Notes: generated by a model from the sequence alone, not told the origin. 51,842 bases of DNA from Elusimicrobiota bacterium (GCA_046153645.1 JBJXGI010000092.1:1-51842), one strand, 5' to 3'; counted from the stretch's first letter, positions 18,193-29,202 are shown. Numbers and translations are program-made.

Positions 18193-18233
18193 ACCTAGAT
18201 TCTAGGGTTCAATAACGATGATAAAGTGTCGTA

Positions 18234-18617
18234 CTAAACGCGATTTATTTTAGGAGGAGAGAAAGGAAGGAGAACGAATTTTTGAACGGCCTGAGGAGAA
18301 GATAAGTTTGAAATTGAAAACGAACCATTTTTTTCTTCTAAGTAAAATAGATCAATAGGCAATAGTACATGACTTAATTGAAGAATGGATTTCATTAAAT
18401 CATTCTTCACATGTCCCAACGAATCAACAACCGCTTTAACACCACAGAGCGCAGAGGGGTTCGAATGCGCACGGATTTCTTTTGAAACCAAAGGATTTTC
18501 CTGGGATATCCTATTGAGTGAGTTTTCCAAATGAGGATATCGAACGAAAACACCCCCAGTAAAACCCCAACTGGACACAAAAACAAATAAAAAAATGATT
18601 TTGGTGAATGATTTCAC
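18234..18617 (-). CDS. Upstream ORF of TonB receptor operon, possible DUF2946/CruR-like leader
   Basis: N-terminal hydrophobic segment, HSNPSALC, C-terminal PFSPPK; TTGTAA-18-TATTCT promoter 7 nt before GTG. Confidence 0.55.
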   Translation of the reverse strand: MKSFTKIIFLFVFVSSWGFTGGVFVRYPHLENSLNRISQENPLVSKEIRAHSNPSALCGVKAVVDSLGHVKNDLMKSILQLSHVLLPIDLFYLEEKNGSFSISNLSSPQAVQKFVLLPFSPPKINRV

Positions 18618-18680
18618 ATCGGTGAGAATAGAAAATAAAACCCTTCTTTTACAACAGCTTCATTTGTCATAATAAATTTT

Positions 18681-20672
18681 ATGGGATCGTCTTTACTTAT
18701 TGATCTGGCCATCGTTATGGTACTGGCTGGAGCCATGACACTGCTGTGTCACCGACTGAAACAACCCGTTGTCATCGGCTATTTGATAGCCGGTTTTATT
18801 ATTGGCCCTTATTTCCCTCCATTTTCATTTATCACCAATCTTTCAAATATTCAAACCATGGCAGAATTGGGCCTGGTGTTTTTACTCTTTTCACTCGGAC
18901 TTGAATTTAACTTACCCAAAATTCAAAGAATTGGTTTTTCTGCGCTTATCCCGGTTTGTTTCGGAGTCAGTGGAATGTTATTACTCGGATATGGATTAGG
19001 AAATCTTTTTCATTGGAATAGAATGGAAAGCATTTTTTTGGGCGCCATTTTATGCATCAGCAGCACAACCATTATTGTAAAAGTTTTTTCTGATTTCAAA
19101 ATTCAACAAGAACGTTTTGCTCAAATCGTCTTTGGCATATTGGTTTTACAAGATATCGTAGCCATTACTATTCTTTCTATTTTATCAGGGCTCCGTCACA
19201 ACAGTGAAACCAACGCGCACACAATTATTCAGTCTTTTCTCGGAATTGGGTTATTTATTACGATTTTTCTTGTTTTGGGTCTTCTCTTAATCCCGAAACT
19301 ATTAAATTCAGTTTCAAAGTTTAAATCGAAAGAAATCATGGGAATTATTTCCCTCGCTCTCTGTTTAGGGGGAGCCAGCACGGCTCACTCATTTAACTAC
19401 TCTGTTGCCTTAGGTTCATTTCTGACGGGCGCTATTATTGCCGCAACCCCGCAATCAAATGACATCGAAGATTGGATTCATCCCATTCGAGATATGTTTA
19501 GCGCTTTATTTTTTGTTTCTGCGGGCATGTTAATACAACCTGGTATTTTATGGGAATACAAATTCCCCATCATCATGATCACACTGATTGTCATTTTGGG
19601 TCAATTTTTAGCAAACACGATCGGGTGTTTTATAGCAGGATACGACGCGAAAACCTCTGTGCGAGTGGGAATGAGCTTAGCGCAAATAGGCGAATTTTCA
19701 TTTATTATTGCGAGCTTGGGTGTCTCATTAAAAATGACGAGTGATTTTCTCTATCCCATTGTTGTCATGGTTTCGTCGCTAACGACCCTAACAACACCTT
19801 ATTTTATTCGAAACTCAGATTTAATTTTAAAAGGATTTAGTATAGCCACTCCCCATTCATTCAAAACAAAACTAACCCAATACCACTCTTGGACTCAAAA
19901 AATATCATCACAAAACCAAGTCCAAGCAACAGCCATCTTTTCAAAATATCTCATTCGACTTGGAATTTACCTCGCCTTTTTTGTGACAATGACTTCGATA
20001 TTAAATGTGGTCTCTATTTTTCTTATTCATAAGATATCTATCTTTTCCTTCATTCTCATTTGGTTGTTGGCAGGAATTTTGTTTATTCCCGTTATTATCG
20101 CACTCTCAAAATACGCTAGCCACATCACGCTTTTGATTGTTACTAAAAATAAAAAACTCTTAGCAAATCTGAACATTCATTCTTTCTACAACTCTGTTAA
20201 TTCACTCATCATTATCTTTTTTGCGGGGCTTTTATTGTTATCTGCCAGTCGTTTTATAGAGAAAATCGAATTTTTAATCGGGGTGATGGTCTTTTTTATT
20301 TTATTTGTAAAAATATTTCCTAAAAAAATAAATCAATGGAAAGAAAACTTAGAAGGGATTTTAGATCAAATTATCGGACTGGCCACAAGCGAACCGACCA
20401 GACAAGCTGTTTTAAAAGCCGGTGACGGAAAACTACTGCTTATTAATATTACCGACCAAATCACTTTAACAGATGGGTGCACGGCAATTAATCAAACCAT
20501 TCGCGATTTAAATTTGAGAGAAAAAACCAAATGTTCCATCGTTGCTATTTATCGAGAAGGGCAACATATTTCTAACCCACCCCCAGACACAATTTTACTC
20601 CCTAATGATTTATTGATTATTCTTGGAAACAAAGAAGAATTACTTGAGGCCAAAAACTTCTTAAACAAATAA
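18681..20672 (+). CDS. CPA2 cation:proton antiporter with C-terminal TrkA-C (RCK) domain
   Basis: LKQPVVIGYLIAG, AELGLVFLLFSLGLEF, ISSTTII, QD, AQIGEFSFII; LNLREKTKCSIVAIYR. Confidence 0.92.
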   Translation: MGSSLLIDLAIVMVLAGAMTLLCHRLKQPVVIGYLIAGFIIGPYFPPFSFITNLSNIQTMAELGLVFLLFSLGLEFNLPKIQRIGFSALIPVCFGVSGMLLLGYGLGNLFHWNRMESIFLGAILCISSTTIIVKVFSDFKIQQERFAQIVFGILVLQDIVAITILSILSGLRHNSETNAHTIIQSFLGIGLFITIFLVLGLLLIPKLLNSVSKFKSKEIMGIISLALCLGGASTAHSFNYSVALGSFLTGAIIAATPQSNDIEDWIHPIRDMFSALFFVSAGMLIQPGILWEYKFPIIMITLIVILGQFLANTIGCFIAGYDAKTSVRVGMSLAQIGEFSFIIASLGVSLKMTSDFLYPIVVMVSSLTTLTTPYFIRNSDLILKGFSIATPHSFKTKLTQYHSWTQKISSQNQVQATAIFSKYLIRLGIYLAFFVTMTSILNVVSIFLIHKISIFSFILIWLLAGILFIPVIIALSKYASHITLLIVTKNKKLLANLNIHSFYNSVNSLIIIFFAGLLLLSASRFIEKIEFLIGVMVFFILFVKIFPKKINQWKENLEGILDQIIGLATSEPTRQAVLKAGDGKLLLINITDQITLTDGCTAINQTIRDLNLREKTKCSIVAIYREGQHISNPPPDTILLPNDLLIILGNKEELLEAKNFLNK

Positions 20673-20675
20673 ATG

Positions 20676-22640
20676 TTATTCGTAACGAAGGGCTTCAATA
20701 GGAGACATCAAGGAAGCTTTGCGAGCAGGCCAAAAACCAAAAATAATCCCTACCGTTGCTGAAAAAACAAAGGATAACAAAATAGATTCTAGAGAAACCA
20801 CGGAAGCCCAATTGGCAAATTTAGCCAAAACAAAAGAAACCGAACTTCCAAATAAAATTCCTATTAATCCGCCAACGGTAGATAACAATGTGGCTTCAAT
20901 AAGAAACTGAGATAAAATGGCCTTTCTACGCGCCCCAACCGCTTTTCGAAGGCCGATTTCGCGGGTTCTCTCATTGACTGAAACGAGCATGATATTCATG
21001 ATCCCGATTCCTCCAACCAAAAGTGAAATGGCAGCAACAATACCTAAAAGAACAGAAAAAGTTTGAGTGGTTCCTGCCAAAGCCGCTCGAATATCCGACA
21101 TATTCCGAATATCAAAATCATTTTCTTTATAATCAGGAAGGCGACGTCTCTTGCGCATTAACTCTTCTAAACTAACAATCACTTCTGAAATGGCTTCAGC
21201 TTGGGCACATTCGATTGCGATGTTATTGAGATATTTTTCACCCAGGGCACGATTCATGGCGGTTTTTAAGGGAATTAAAACCATATCATCTTGATCTCGA
21301 AAGCCAGTGGCGCCCTTGAGCGGCAAAATCCCAATAATCATAAAATTAATTCGATTTAATTTTATGTACTGACCCAAAGGATTTTCATCTCCAAACAATT
21401 TATTAACGACAGTTTGACCCAATAAAACCACGCGTTCTTGAGAAGAATCTTCTTTATCTGAAAAAAAACGCCCCATATAAGGTTTGGAATTTCTCATCTT
21501 TTCATAAAGAAAGGTAGCACCTGTCACTTGGGTATTTGTATTTTTATCTCCGTAAACAACCTGAGCGGAACCAGAAACATTTCCATCTACACGAATGACA
21601 CCAGGGATATTTTTAATGGCTTCCACATCTTCCATGGTTAAACGGCTCGAAGAGGCGACGGCCGTCTGAACACCTCTTAATGAAGGGGCACCGGGCCGTA
21701 ACATAAGCAAGTTAGATCCTAAACTGGCGAGTTGTGTTTCTATCGATTGCTGCGCGCCTCGGCCTAAAGCCAACATCGCAATAACCGCAGCCACACCAAT
21801 CATAATTCCCAAAACGGAAAGACTACTTCGAACTTTGTTCGTTGTTATGGCCTTTAGCGCAGAACGAGTATATTCCTTCAATTCAGAAAATGAGAACCAA
21901 CTATCCGTTCGTAAATCAACTGTTGAAGACGGTAAAGGGCGTGAAGGTTTTTCCAAATGAGAAGACTGATTTTTTTCATCAGAAACAATGACCCCATCTT
22001 TAATCTTAATGATTCTTTTCGCATGAGAGGCAACATCAAGTTCGTGCGTGACCATGATGACAGTAATACCGCCACGATTTAATTCCCTTAAATGTGCCAT
22101 AATTTCGTCTGCTTGATTTGATGCTAAGTTTCCTGTTGGCTCATCAGCAAATAAAATGCGAGGGCGATTGACCAAAGCGCGTGCGATCGCCACGCGCTGT
22201 TGTTGTCCACCAGAAAGTTGATTCGGCCTATGATGCATTCGATCGCTTAATCCAACTTCTTTTAATAACTCCTGTGATCTTTCTTCTCGGTTCAAAGCCC
22301 CAGAATAAATCAATGGAAGAGCAACATTATCAAGAGCGGAAGTACGCGGGAGCAAATTAAACATTTGGAAAATAAACCCAATTGTTCGTGACCTCATCAT
22401 GGCGCCCTCATCGTCTGAAAGTTGAGAGACGTCTTTTCCTAAAAGGGAATAAACCCCGCTGGTGGGACGATCTAAAATCCCGAGAATTTGCATTAAAGTT
22501 GATTTTCCCGAACCAGAAGGCCCCATGATTGCAACGAATTCCCCTTCTTCAATGGAAAGATTTATATTTTTTAAAACAGTGAGGTCACTTTCTCCCAAAA
22601 AATAAGTTTTGGTTATGTTTTTTAATTGAATGAGGGGCAT
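20676..22640 (-). CDS. macB: MacB-type ABC transporter, fused ATPase and permease
   Basis: [60 protein letters not shown]. Confidence 0.93.
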   Translation of the reverse strand: MPLIQLKNITKTYFLGESDLTVLKNINLSIEEGEFVAIMGPSGSGKSTLMQILGILDRPTSGVYSLLGKDVSQLSDDEGAMMRSRTIGFIFQMFNLLPRTSALDNVALPLIYSGALNREERSQELLKEVGLSDRMHHRPNQLSGGQQQRVAIARALVNRPRILFADEPTGNLASNQADEIMAHLRELNRGGITVIMVTHELDVASHAKRIIKIKDGVIVSDEKNQSSHLEKPSRPLPSSTVDLRTDSWFSFSELKEYTRSALKAITTNKVRSSLSVLGIMIGVAAVIAMLALGRGAQQSIETQLASLGSNLLMLRPGAPSLRGVQTAVASSSRLTMEDVEAIKNIPGVIRVDGNVSGSAQVVYGDKNTNTQVTGATFLYEKMRNSKPYMGRFFSDKEDSSQERVVLLGQTVVNKLFGDENPLGQYIKLNRINFMIIGILPLKGATGFRDQDDMVLIPLKTAMNRALGEKYLNNIAIECAQAEAISEVIVSLEELMRKRRRLPDYKENDFDIRNMSDIRAALAGTTQTFSVLLGIVAAISLLVGGIGIMNIMLVSVNERTREIGLRKAVGARRKAILSQFLIEATLLSTVGGLIGILFGSSVSFVLAKFANWASVVSLESILLSFVFSATVGIIFGFWPARKASLMSPIEALRYE

Positions 22641-22651
22641 AAAAGAAAAAA

Positions 22652-23644
22652 CTAATTTTCCCTGCGCCGCTGAGAGGCACCCTGTGAAGAAGAATTAGAT
22701 GGGCGCCTCATTGTTAATGGACTTGATGATTGCCCTTTTTGTGGCACATATAATTTCTTAACAATAACAATGGTATCTCCTAAATTCAAACCTGAAACGA
22801 TTTCAACGTTGTCCCCCGCTTCGAGTCCTGTTTCAATTGGTTTTTCCTCAGATCTTTCTCCCGTCCCTGGAACCAAAACCCCTTTTCTTCCCTCAGGAAG
22901 ATTAATAACAGCATCTGATGGAATAATTAAAGCTTTATTTCGTGATTCAATAACGAGGCGGACATTGGCTGTCATTTGAGATCTAAAAAAGTCTTGTTTG
23001 CTCAAAGGCTCCACTTTCACGCCATAGGTAATGACATTCGAAACATTTTTTCCTTCATATAAAATACTGCTCACTCTCCCTTCGACAGAATCATTTGGAT
23101 AAGCATCTAGTTTTATATGAGCGCGCATTCCCACTTTGACTCGTCCAATATCCACCTCATCAACATAAGTTAGAACAATTAATTTATCGGACATCGCAAA
23201 AAGAATAGTTCCATTCTCAACTGTTTGGCCAACCACAATATTTTTAAGAATAATAACACCGGATAACGGCGCCACGATAGGTGTTGGTTTATAGGTGTCT
23301 TCCCATTTTTTAACAACATCTTCTCCTTGAGCCCGCGCTGCATCTAATATCGCAACTCGATCACTTGAACTTAACCAAGCTAATACTTGCCCCGCTTTAA
23401 CAGTATTCCCTTCATCGACTAAAATTTTTTCAATACGTCCTGAAACGGGAGGTTTTATTTCCACACGATTTAAGGGAGAAACTTCACCTGTGGCTTCTAC
23501 GGCTTTTTCTAAAGACCCTTCAACCACCTGCAATTTTTGAATTGTCGTGCCGTTTTTTTTATTTTTATTTTTTTGCTCAAACCAATAATATCCTCCAGCC
23601 AACAAAATAATCAATAAAATACTACTGCCTAAAATTTTCTTCAT
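22652..23644 (-). CDS. macA: MacA-type periplasmic adaptor
   Basis: Likely start MKKIL (ATGA overlap with TolC stop); ATGEV, VSGRIEKILV.EG, VDEVDIGRV. Confidence 0.85.
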   Translation of the reverse strand: MKKILGSSILLIILLAGGYYWFEQKNKNKKNGTTIQKLQVVEGSLEKAVEATGEVSPLNRVEIKPPVSGRIEKILVDEGNTVKAGQVLAWLSSSDRVAILDAARAQGEDVVKKWEDTYKPTPIVAPLSGVIILKNIVVGQTVENGTILFAMSDKLIVLTYVDEVDIGRVKVGMRAHIKLDAYPNDSVEGRVSSILYEGKNVSNVITYGVKVEPLSKQDFFRSQMTANVRLVIESRNKALIIPSDAVINLPEGRKGVLVPGTGERSEEKPIETGLEAGDNVEIVSGLNLGDTIVIVKKLYVPQKGQSSSPLTMRRPSNSSSQGASQRRREN

Positions 23645-24906
23645 GGGTTCTCCAATTGTAGCCCTTGTGAGCGATTCCAATCAGCCTCTGCCAGGGCGCT
23701 GTCTCTTTTTGCGGAAATAAAACCTCTTTCAAAATTAACCAAATCAGATACAACTCTTTGCCAATCCTCATAAGACATCAGTCCGCTTGAATATCGAATC
23801 GAAGCTTCTTGATTTCTTTGACGAGCGGCCGTAAGAAAACCATATTGAACTTCAACTTTATCTACGGATCCTGCCAACGTGGCCCAGGACGACTCTAGTT
23901 GAGATCTCACCTCACGAATAATGGCTTCATAATCCATTTCGGCACTTCTTAAATTGGCACGGGCCGCTAGGGTTCGGTTATAAGTGGCAGTAGGACCACC
24001 GGAAAACAGCGGATAATTTAATATTCCTGAAACTCCCCAAGCATATGAATCACTGGGAAAAAAAATTTTACCAATAACAGAGCGGGAATAAGAAGCAGAC
24101 AAAGTTGGCCAAAGAGAACTTTTGGCTTCTTGGAGGGCCGCTTTTGATTGGAGGAGAGCCCCTTTTTGCACAATAACTTGTGGATGCATTTGAGAAAGAG
24201 TCTTCATATCAACGTCATCTAACAGTTCCCTCACATCTAAACTTCCCGTAGCGAAAATAACATCAAAATGATCAGATCCCAGATGTCGATTTAGTTCTAT
24301 TTGGGCCACTTTTAACGATCTTTTGGCTTGTGATAAATCTGCTTCTGCGCCCTTATATTCCGCATTTGACTGCAACATATTTCCTTTAGATTCCCTTCCG
24401 GAATTATATTTCAGTGTCACCATTTCAGAATTATTACGACGAATATCACGAATTTTTTCAGCCACAACCAATTGTTCTTGAGAAAAAATGAGTTTTACGA
24501 AAGCATTTCGTAAATCTGAGCGAACAATCGAGGAAACCAAGTTAAGATTTTCTTTTGACTTTTGTTCCTGGGCAGAAGCTGACTTAATTTGTGAATAAGT
24601 TTTCATATCAAATACATTTAAACTTGCTTCCCCATCCCCTCGCCATTTGGAATTTTCAGAATTTGAATCACTATCAGAATAACGCGTAGACAAATCAACT
24701 TGAGGAAAAATACCGTTTAAAGACGCTCGATAAGAAAAACCACTAGATTTGAATGATTGAACAGAAGAAAGATAAGAGGGATTATGTTCCCTGGCAATTC
24801 GAACACAATCTTCCCAGGAAAGAAATGTCTGTTGCGCACAAACATGCGAAACAAATGAACAAAAAATAATAGTGAGGAAATAAATTCTAAATTTCAACAG
24901 ATTCAT
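23641..24906 (-). CDS. TolC-family outer-membrane efflux protein
   Basis: Signal peptide, two OEP repeats (HNP...FPQVDL; WPTLS...PLFSGG; YSSGL); likely ATG 24906. Confidence 0.9.
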   Translation of the reverse strand: MNLLKFRIYFLTIIFCSFVSHVCAQQTFLSWEDCVRIAREHNPSYLSSVQSFKSSGFSYRASLNGIFPQVDLSTRYSDSDSNSENSKWRGDGEASLNVFDMKTYSQIKSASAQEQKSKENLNLVSSIVRSDLRNAFVKLIFSQEQLVVAEKIRDIRRNNSEMVTLKYNSGRESKGNMLQSNAEYKGAEADLSQAKRSLKVAQIELNRHLGSDHFDVIFATGSLDVRELLDDVDMKTLSQMHPQVIVQKGALLQSKAALQEAKSSLWPTLSASYSRSVIGKIFFPSDSYAWGVSGILNYPLFSGGPTATYNRTLAARANLRSAEMDYEAIIREVRSQLESSWATLAGSVDKVEVQYGFLTAARQRNQEASIRYSSGLMSYEDWQRVVSDLVNFERGFISAKRDSALAEADWNRSQGLQLENP

Positions 24907-25010
24907 TTTTTCACCTTTCGATTCCACCGCTTATGTATCCAGCCAAATAAATAATGTAGGCATCTTCATATTTCTAGATTAGTATAATCTTTGTATCGAC
25001 GACACCTACT

Positions 25011-25676
25011 ATGGAAAAAATTAAACACTTTCTTAGCGCTATCCCCCCATTCCAAGGAATTCCTTTGAATGAATTGGAACACCTAGCATCAACAGGACAG
25101 GAGGTTCATCACAAAAAAGGTGAAACCATATTTAGCGAAGGCGACGATGCCAACAGTGTCTGGGTTCTCTCGGACGGGCGACTTGAAATTTTTAAATATA
25201 CTTCTGATGGGAAACCACATGCCATAGAGATTATTCACCCTAGAGATTTATTTGGAACCCTTTGCCGAATGGGAAGCAATGGACGAACCTATCCTTGCAC
25301 AGCCGTTGCCTCCGTTGATTCCGTTTCTTTTAGAATTCCTGATCAGGTTTTTTTGGATTTATTCCATAGATATCCATCGATTGTTTCTGGAGTTTGCGCG
25401 CTCTGCAGCAACCGCCTCAATATGATGCAAGAACTTACCTGCTCAACCCAAGAACCTGTTGAAAAACGAATTCTTCGCACTTTATTTCAATTAACTAAAA
25501 CTCACGGAGAAACCCTCCCCTATACAAAACGACAAATTGCTGATTTATCAGCGACAACAGTTGAAACAACCATTCGAACTTTAAGTCGGTTCCAGAAGAA
25601 AAAATGGATCGAATCTTCACGAGGGAAAATCCATCTTAAAGACATCGCAGAGCTAGAAACGGTTTTTCAATCCTAA
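25011..25676 (+). CDS. Crp/Fnr family transcription regulator
   Basis: KKGETIFSEGD, FG, YPCTA, HTH QIADLSATTVETTIRTLS. Confidence 0.92.
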   Translation: MEKIKHFLSAIPPFQGIPLNELEHLASTGQEVHHKKGETIFSEGDDANSVWVLSDGRLEIFKYTSDGKPHAIEIIHPRDLFGTLCRMGSNGRTYPCTAVASVDSVSFRIPDQVFLDLFHRYPSIVSGVCALCSNRLNMMQELTCSTQEPVEKRILRTLFQLTKTHGETLPYTKRQIADLSATTVETTIRTLSRFQKKKWIESSRGKIHLKDIAELETVFQS

Positions 25677-25701
25677 ATAGCTCATTATCATAAGTTTCCA
25701 A

Positions 25702-25717
25702 TATGAGCCCGGTCATA
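25702..25717. promoter_or_regulatory. Crp/Fnr-like palindromic site
   Basis: TATGA-GCCCGG-TCATA upstream of the CBS gene; same arms as 31691-31706. Confidence 0.6.
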
Positions 25718-25775
25718 AACCTTTCCGCCCAAAAGAGGTAGACCGTATTCTAGTTAATGTGGGAAGGGGGCTTAT

Positions 25776-26243
25776 ATGAAAAATGTTTTTGATATTCGAG
25801 CGGCTCAAATCATGAAAAAACCTGTCGAGACAGTTCGATTATTAGACTCCGTTCACGATGTGGCCCATTTATTTAATGAAAACCATATTGGAGCGGCTGC
25901 TGTTGTTGATCAAAAAGGGAAACCCGTTGGAGTGATTACAAAAACTGACATTGTTCGCTATCTTGAGGAAAAAGACGAATCCAGAATAATTAATAAGAAA
26001 AAATATTCGCCCAAAAAAGGAAAAGGTGAAATTCCAGGTTTCCATGAAATAGATAACGAAGAATCTGTTCAGGATTGGATGACACCTGTTATTTTTAGTG
26101 CACAACCTGAAACTCCACTCAATGAAATTGCTAAACAAATGGTAAAAAATGGACTCCATCACATATTTGTTCAAGGAAAAAAAGACGGCATTCTTGGGAT
26201 TATTAGTAGTTTTGATATTTTAAGTCAACTGAGCTCAAAATAA
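25776..26243 (+). CDS. CBS-pair protein
   Basis: IMKKPV...VVDQKGKPVGVITKTDI and WMTPVI...LGIISSFDIL. Confidence 0.9.
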   Translation: MKNVFDIRAAQIMKKPVETVRLLDSVHDVAHLFNENHIGAAAVVDQKGKPVGVITKTDIVRYLEEKDESRIINKKKYSPKKGKGEIPGFHEIDNEESVQDWMTPVIFSAQPETPLNEIAKQMVKNGLHHIFVQGKKDGILGIISSFDILSQLSSK

Positions 26244-26264
26244 ATTTTCATAGGGCGGTTAGAT

Positions 26265-27086
26265 ATGAACAAACTATCCGACGAAAAAACACCTCACGAC
26301 AAAAGAACTTATGCCATTCTTGGGATTCTTTTGGGATTAGGATCTCCAATTGGATGGCTGATTTGGCGAGTTTTTGATTCCCACCCCTTGTGGATAAAAA
26401 ATGAGCTCAGTTCTTTTGGTCTCATTTATGCCTATATGACAATGGGAACAGTCATTGCCTTCACAAGTTTTGGATATTTCCTTGGCCGCAAAAGCGATCT
26501 ATTAACCAAACAATCCTCCTTCATCAAAGAAAAATTAGAAGAAGTAAATGAAATGGCGATCACAGATTCTCTAACTGGAATTCACAATGCTCGATATCTA
26601 CATGACCAACTTTCAATTGAAATTGAATCCGCAAAACGATATGAAACCCCCCTCACGTGTCTTATGCTGGATATTGATGACTTCAAAAAAATAAATGACA
26701 TGTTTGGTCATCCTGCTGGTGATATCGTTTTAACTACATTGTCTAAAATCATCAAACAATGCGTTAGAAGAGTCGACATCATGGGGAGATTGGGTGGAGA
26801 GGAGTTTCTTGTGATCATGCCACATACGCTACCCGAAACTGCTTTTTCAGTTGCAGAACGCATCCGCCAAGCGGTACAACGATGGCCTTTTGATGCGGAA
26901 GGAACCCCCATCCCTGTTACTGTTAGCATTGGTATTGGATATTTTCCTTCGAAAGAAATAAACGATAAAGGGGCGTTATTAAAAGCAACGGATGAGGCTT
27001 TGTACGAGGCCAAAAGAACAGGAAAGAACAAGACGATAGTTTCAGATTTAATTCAAAAAAAAGTAAATTTTAATGTGATAAATTAA
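26265..27086 (+). CDS. Membrane-anchored diguanylate cyclase
   Basis: Two N-terminal TMs, TDSLTG, DIDDFKKIND, RxxD I-site, GGEEF. Confidence 0.93.
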   Translation: MNKLSDEKTPHDKRTYAILGILLGLGSPIGWLIWRVFDSHPLWIKNELSSFGLIYAYMTMGTVIAFTSFGYFLGRKSDLLTKQSSFIKEKLEEVNEMAITDSLTGIHNARYLHDQLSIEIESAKRYETPLTCLMLDIDDFKKINDMFGHPAGDIVLTTLSKIIKQCVRRVDIMGRLGGEEFLVIMPHTLPETAFSVAERIRQAVQRWPFDAEGTPIPVTVSIGIGYFPSKEINDKGALLKATDEALYEAKRTGKNKTIVSDLIQKKVNFNVIN

Positions 27087-27087
27087 A

Positions 27088-28107
27088 ATGAAAGAAATTA
27101 TTTTTTTTGAAACAACTCAGAATGAGAAAAAAATCCTAAAAACTTTTAAGCCCCAAAATTGCAAATTAAGTTTTTACCCTGAGAAAATAAATGAGGCACC
27201 TCAACAATCTCTAAAAAAAGCAGAAATTATTTCTGTGTTTATCTATTCTCAAGTTACCCAAGAAATCATTAAAAAATGCCCAAAACTAAAGTTAATCGCA
27301 ACCCGGTCAACGGGTTTTGATCATATTGATATCGACTTTTGCCAGAAGAAAAATATTACCGTTACAAACGTCCCATTTTATGGTGAAAACACTGTCGCCG
27401 AGCATACGTTTGCTCTTATTTTGGCTCTTTCGAGGAAAGTTCATCAAGGATATTTGAGGACCATTCGAGGTGATTTTTCATTTGAAGGTTTGCAGGGTTT
27501 TGACTTAAAAGGAAAAACCATTGGCATCATTGGAACTGGGCATATTGGTTTGCATGCTATTAGAATCGCTAAAGGATTTGGAATGAATGTGATCGCCTAT
27601 GATATTTTTAGAAATGATTTTCTTTCAGAGACCCTAGGATTCCAATACGTATCTTTTGACGAACTTATCAAAAATGCCGACATCATTAGTCTTCATGCTC
27701 CCAACAGGAAAGAAACTCATCACATGATTAACAAAGACAATATTCATAAAATAAAAAAAGGAGCTTTACTTATCAACACAGCAAGAGGAAGTCTTGTGGA
27801 GACCGAAGCACTTGCTATTGCATTAGATAAAGGGATATTGGCAGGCGCAGGCCTCGATGTATTAGAAGGAGAAGAACTAATTAAAGAAGAAAGACAAATT
27901 CTCTCAAAAGAATATCCTGTAAATCATTTAAAAACAATGCTCCAAAACCATATCCTTCTTAATAGAGAAAACGTCGTCATTACCCCGCACATTGCGTTTA
28001 ACTCAAAAGAGGCTTTTTCCCGCATATTAGAAACAACCATGGTAAATATTGATGCTTATTTAAAGGGAAAAGAAGAAAACTCTGTTTTTAAAAAGAAAAA
28101 AATATAA
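27088..28107 (+). CDS. D-2-hydroxyacid dehydrogenase (D-lactate dehydrogenase-like)
   Basis: TRSTGFDHID, GTGHIG, INTARG, LDVLEGE, ITPHIAF. Confidence 0.9.
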   Translation: MKEIIFFETTQNEKKILKTFKPQNCKLSFYPEKINEAPQQSLKKAEIISVFIYSQVTQEIIKKCPKLKLIATRSTGFDHIDIDFCQKKNITVTNVPFYGENTVAEHTFALILALSRKVHQGYLRTIRGDFSFEGLQGFDLKGKTIGIIGTGHIGLHAIRIAKGFGMNVIAYDIFRNDFLSETLGFQYVSFDELIKNADIISLHAPNRKETHHMINKDNIHKIKKGALLINTARGSLVETEALAIALDKGILAGAGLDVLEGEELIKEERQILSKEYPVNHLKTMLQNHILLNRENVVITPHIAFNSKEAFSRILETTMVNIDAYLKGKEENSVFKKKKI

Positions 28108-28111
28108 AAAA

Positions 28112-28321
28112 TTACCAATACTTCCGAATGAGCTTATATCCCACCGCAAAAAAAACCAACGGCACGCTCACAATAAGAATAATACTCCAATAAAACCCAC
28201 TGATAAGACCAGTTGAACCTCCAGAAGCTAAAGTATCACGACACATGGGACACGTACCAGAAAAAAGAAAAGAGGTCATGAAGAATATAATGAACAAAGA
28301 AAAGAAACAGCGATTCTTCAC
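28112..28321 (-). CDS. Small CxxC membrane protein closing the cox operon
   Basis: Signal-like segment, CPMC, one TM, 1 nt from subunit IV stop. Confidence 0.7.
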   Translation of the reverse strand: MKNRCFFSLFIIFFMTSFLFSGTCPMCRDTLASGGSTGLISGFYWSIILIVSVPLVFFAVGYKLIRKYW

Positions 28322-28322
28322 T

Positions 28323-28625
28323 CTAAAACCTTAAGGTAGCTTTAAAAACAATATCTGGGAATAAGGCGATAACAAATAAAATAGCAAGGAAAAGCGGAAT
28401 TCCAGGCAACATCCAAACAAGGGGACGATCAAATTTAAGATGCATAAAATAAAACAGGATTAAAAGAGACTTTCCAACAGTGGTCGCTGACATAAGGATT
28501 AAACCCGGAATTTTAGGAAGATTAAAAAAGACAATTGCTGCTTCGAGAAGCGTCAAAAATATCAACCAACCATAAACAATAAAACTGTGACGAGAAGAAA
28601 GTTGCTTAGAGTGTTGTAAATTCAT
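28323..28625 (-). CDS. Cytochrome c oxidase subunit IV family
   Basis: LTLLE, K..LI..YFMHLKFD; ATGA overlap with subunit III stop. Confidence 0.85.
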   Translation of the reverse strand: MNLQHSKQLSSRHSFIVYGWLIFLTLLEAAIVFFNLPKIPGLILMSATTVGKSLLILFYFMHLKFDRPLVWMLPGIPLFLAILFVIALFPDIVFKATLRF

Positions 28626-29200
28626 ATTAAACAAACCGCCCCGAAGACGATAACCCAGATAATATCGACAAAATGCCAATACAGCCCACAGTATTCAATT
28701 CTTCCGTAATTTGAAGATGAATATCGACCCTTTTTAACACCAACAATGAGAGTGAGAATAAATATGAGCCCCGATAACACATGAAGACCATGAAAAGCAG
28801 TAATCAAATAATAAAACGAACCGAGCAAATTGGTAGATATAGTAAATCCATTCCCCCACATATGAACATAGTCATAAGCTTTAACAACAAGAAAAATTAT
28901 TCCCAACAATAAAGTTAAAAATAGGTTTTTTAATAATTTTGACATGTCATTTTTTTGAGCCGCATCAACTGAAAGGGCCATTGTTAAGCTCGAAGTGAGT
29001 AACACCAAAGTATTGAAGGTTAAAATTTTCGTATTTAGAAATTCACTGGGGTTTGGCCAAGAAGACGCGCCAAATCGAAGCACAATATAACTTCCAATAA
29101 GTCCTGTAAAAAACATGATCTCTGAAACCAGAAAAGTCCACATCCCTATTTTCCCAGTCGAAATACCTGCGATCGATTCTTTATTTATTGACTGTTCCAT
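28622..29200 (-). CDS. ctaE: Cytochrome c oxidase subunit III
   Basis: GMWTFLVSEIMFF, NTLVLLTSS, FHGLHV, GLYWHFVDIIW. Confidence 0.92.
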   Translation of the reverse strand: MEQSINKESIAGISTGKIGMWTFLVSEIMFFTGLIGSYIVLRFGASSWPNPSEFLNTKILTFNTLVLLTSSLTMALSVDAAQKNDMSKLLKNLFLTLLLGIIFLVVKAYDYVHMWGNGFTISTNLLGSFYYLITAFHGLHVLSGLIFILTLIVGVKKGRYSSSNYGRIEYCGLYWHFVDIIWVIVFGAVCLI

Positions 29201-29202
29201 AA

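Noticed and set aside
18100..18233. Possible cobalamin or other riboswitch upstream of the TonB receptor
   Set aside because: No B12-box or other riboswitch core recognised; the structure fits a REP-like doublet. An Rfam scan would settle it.
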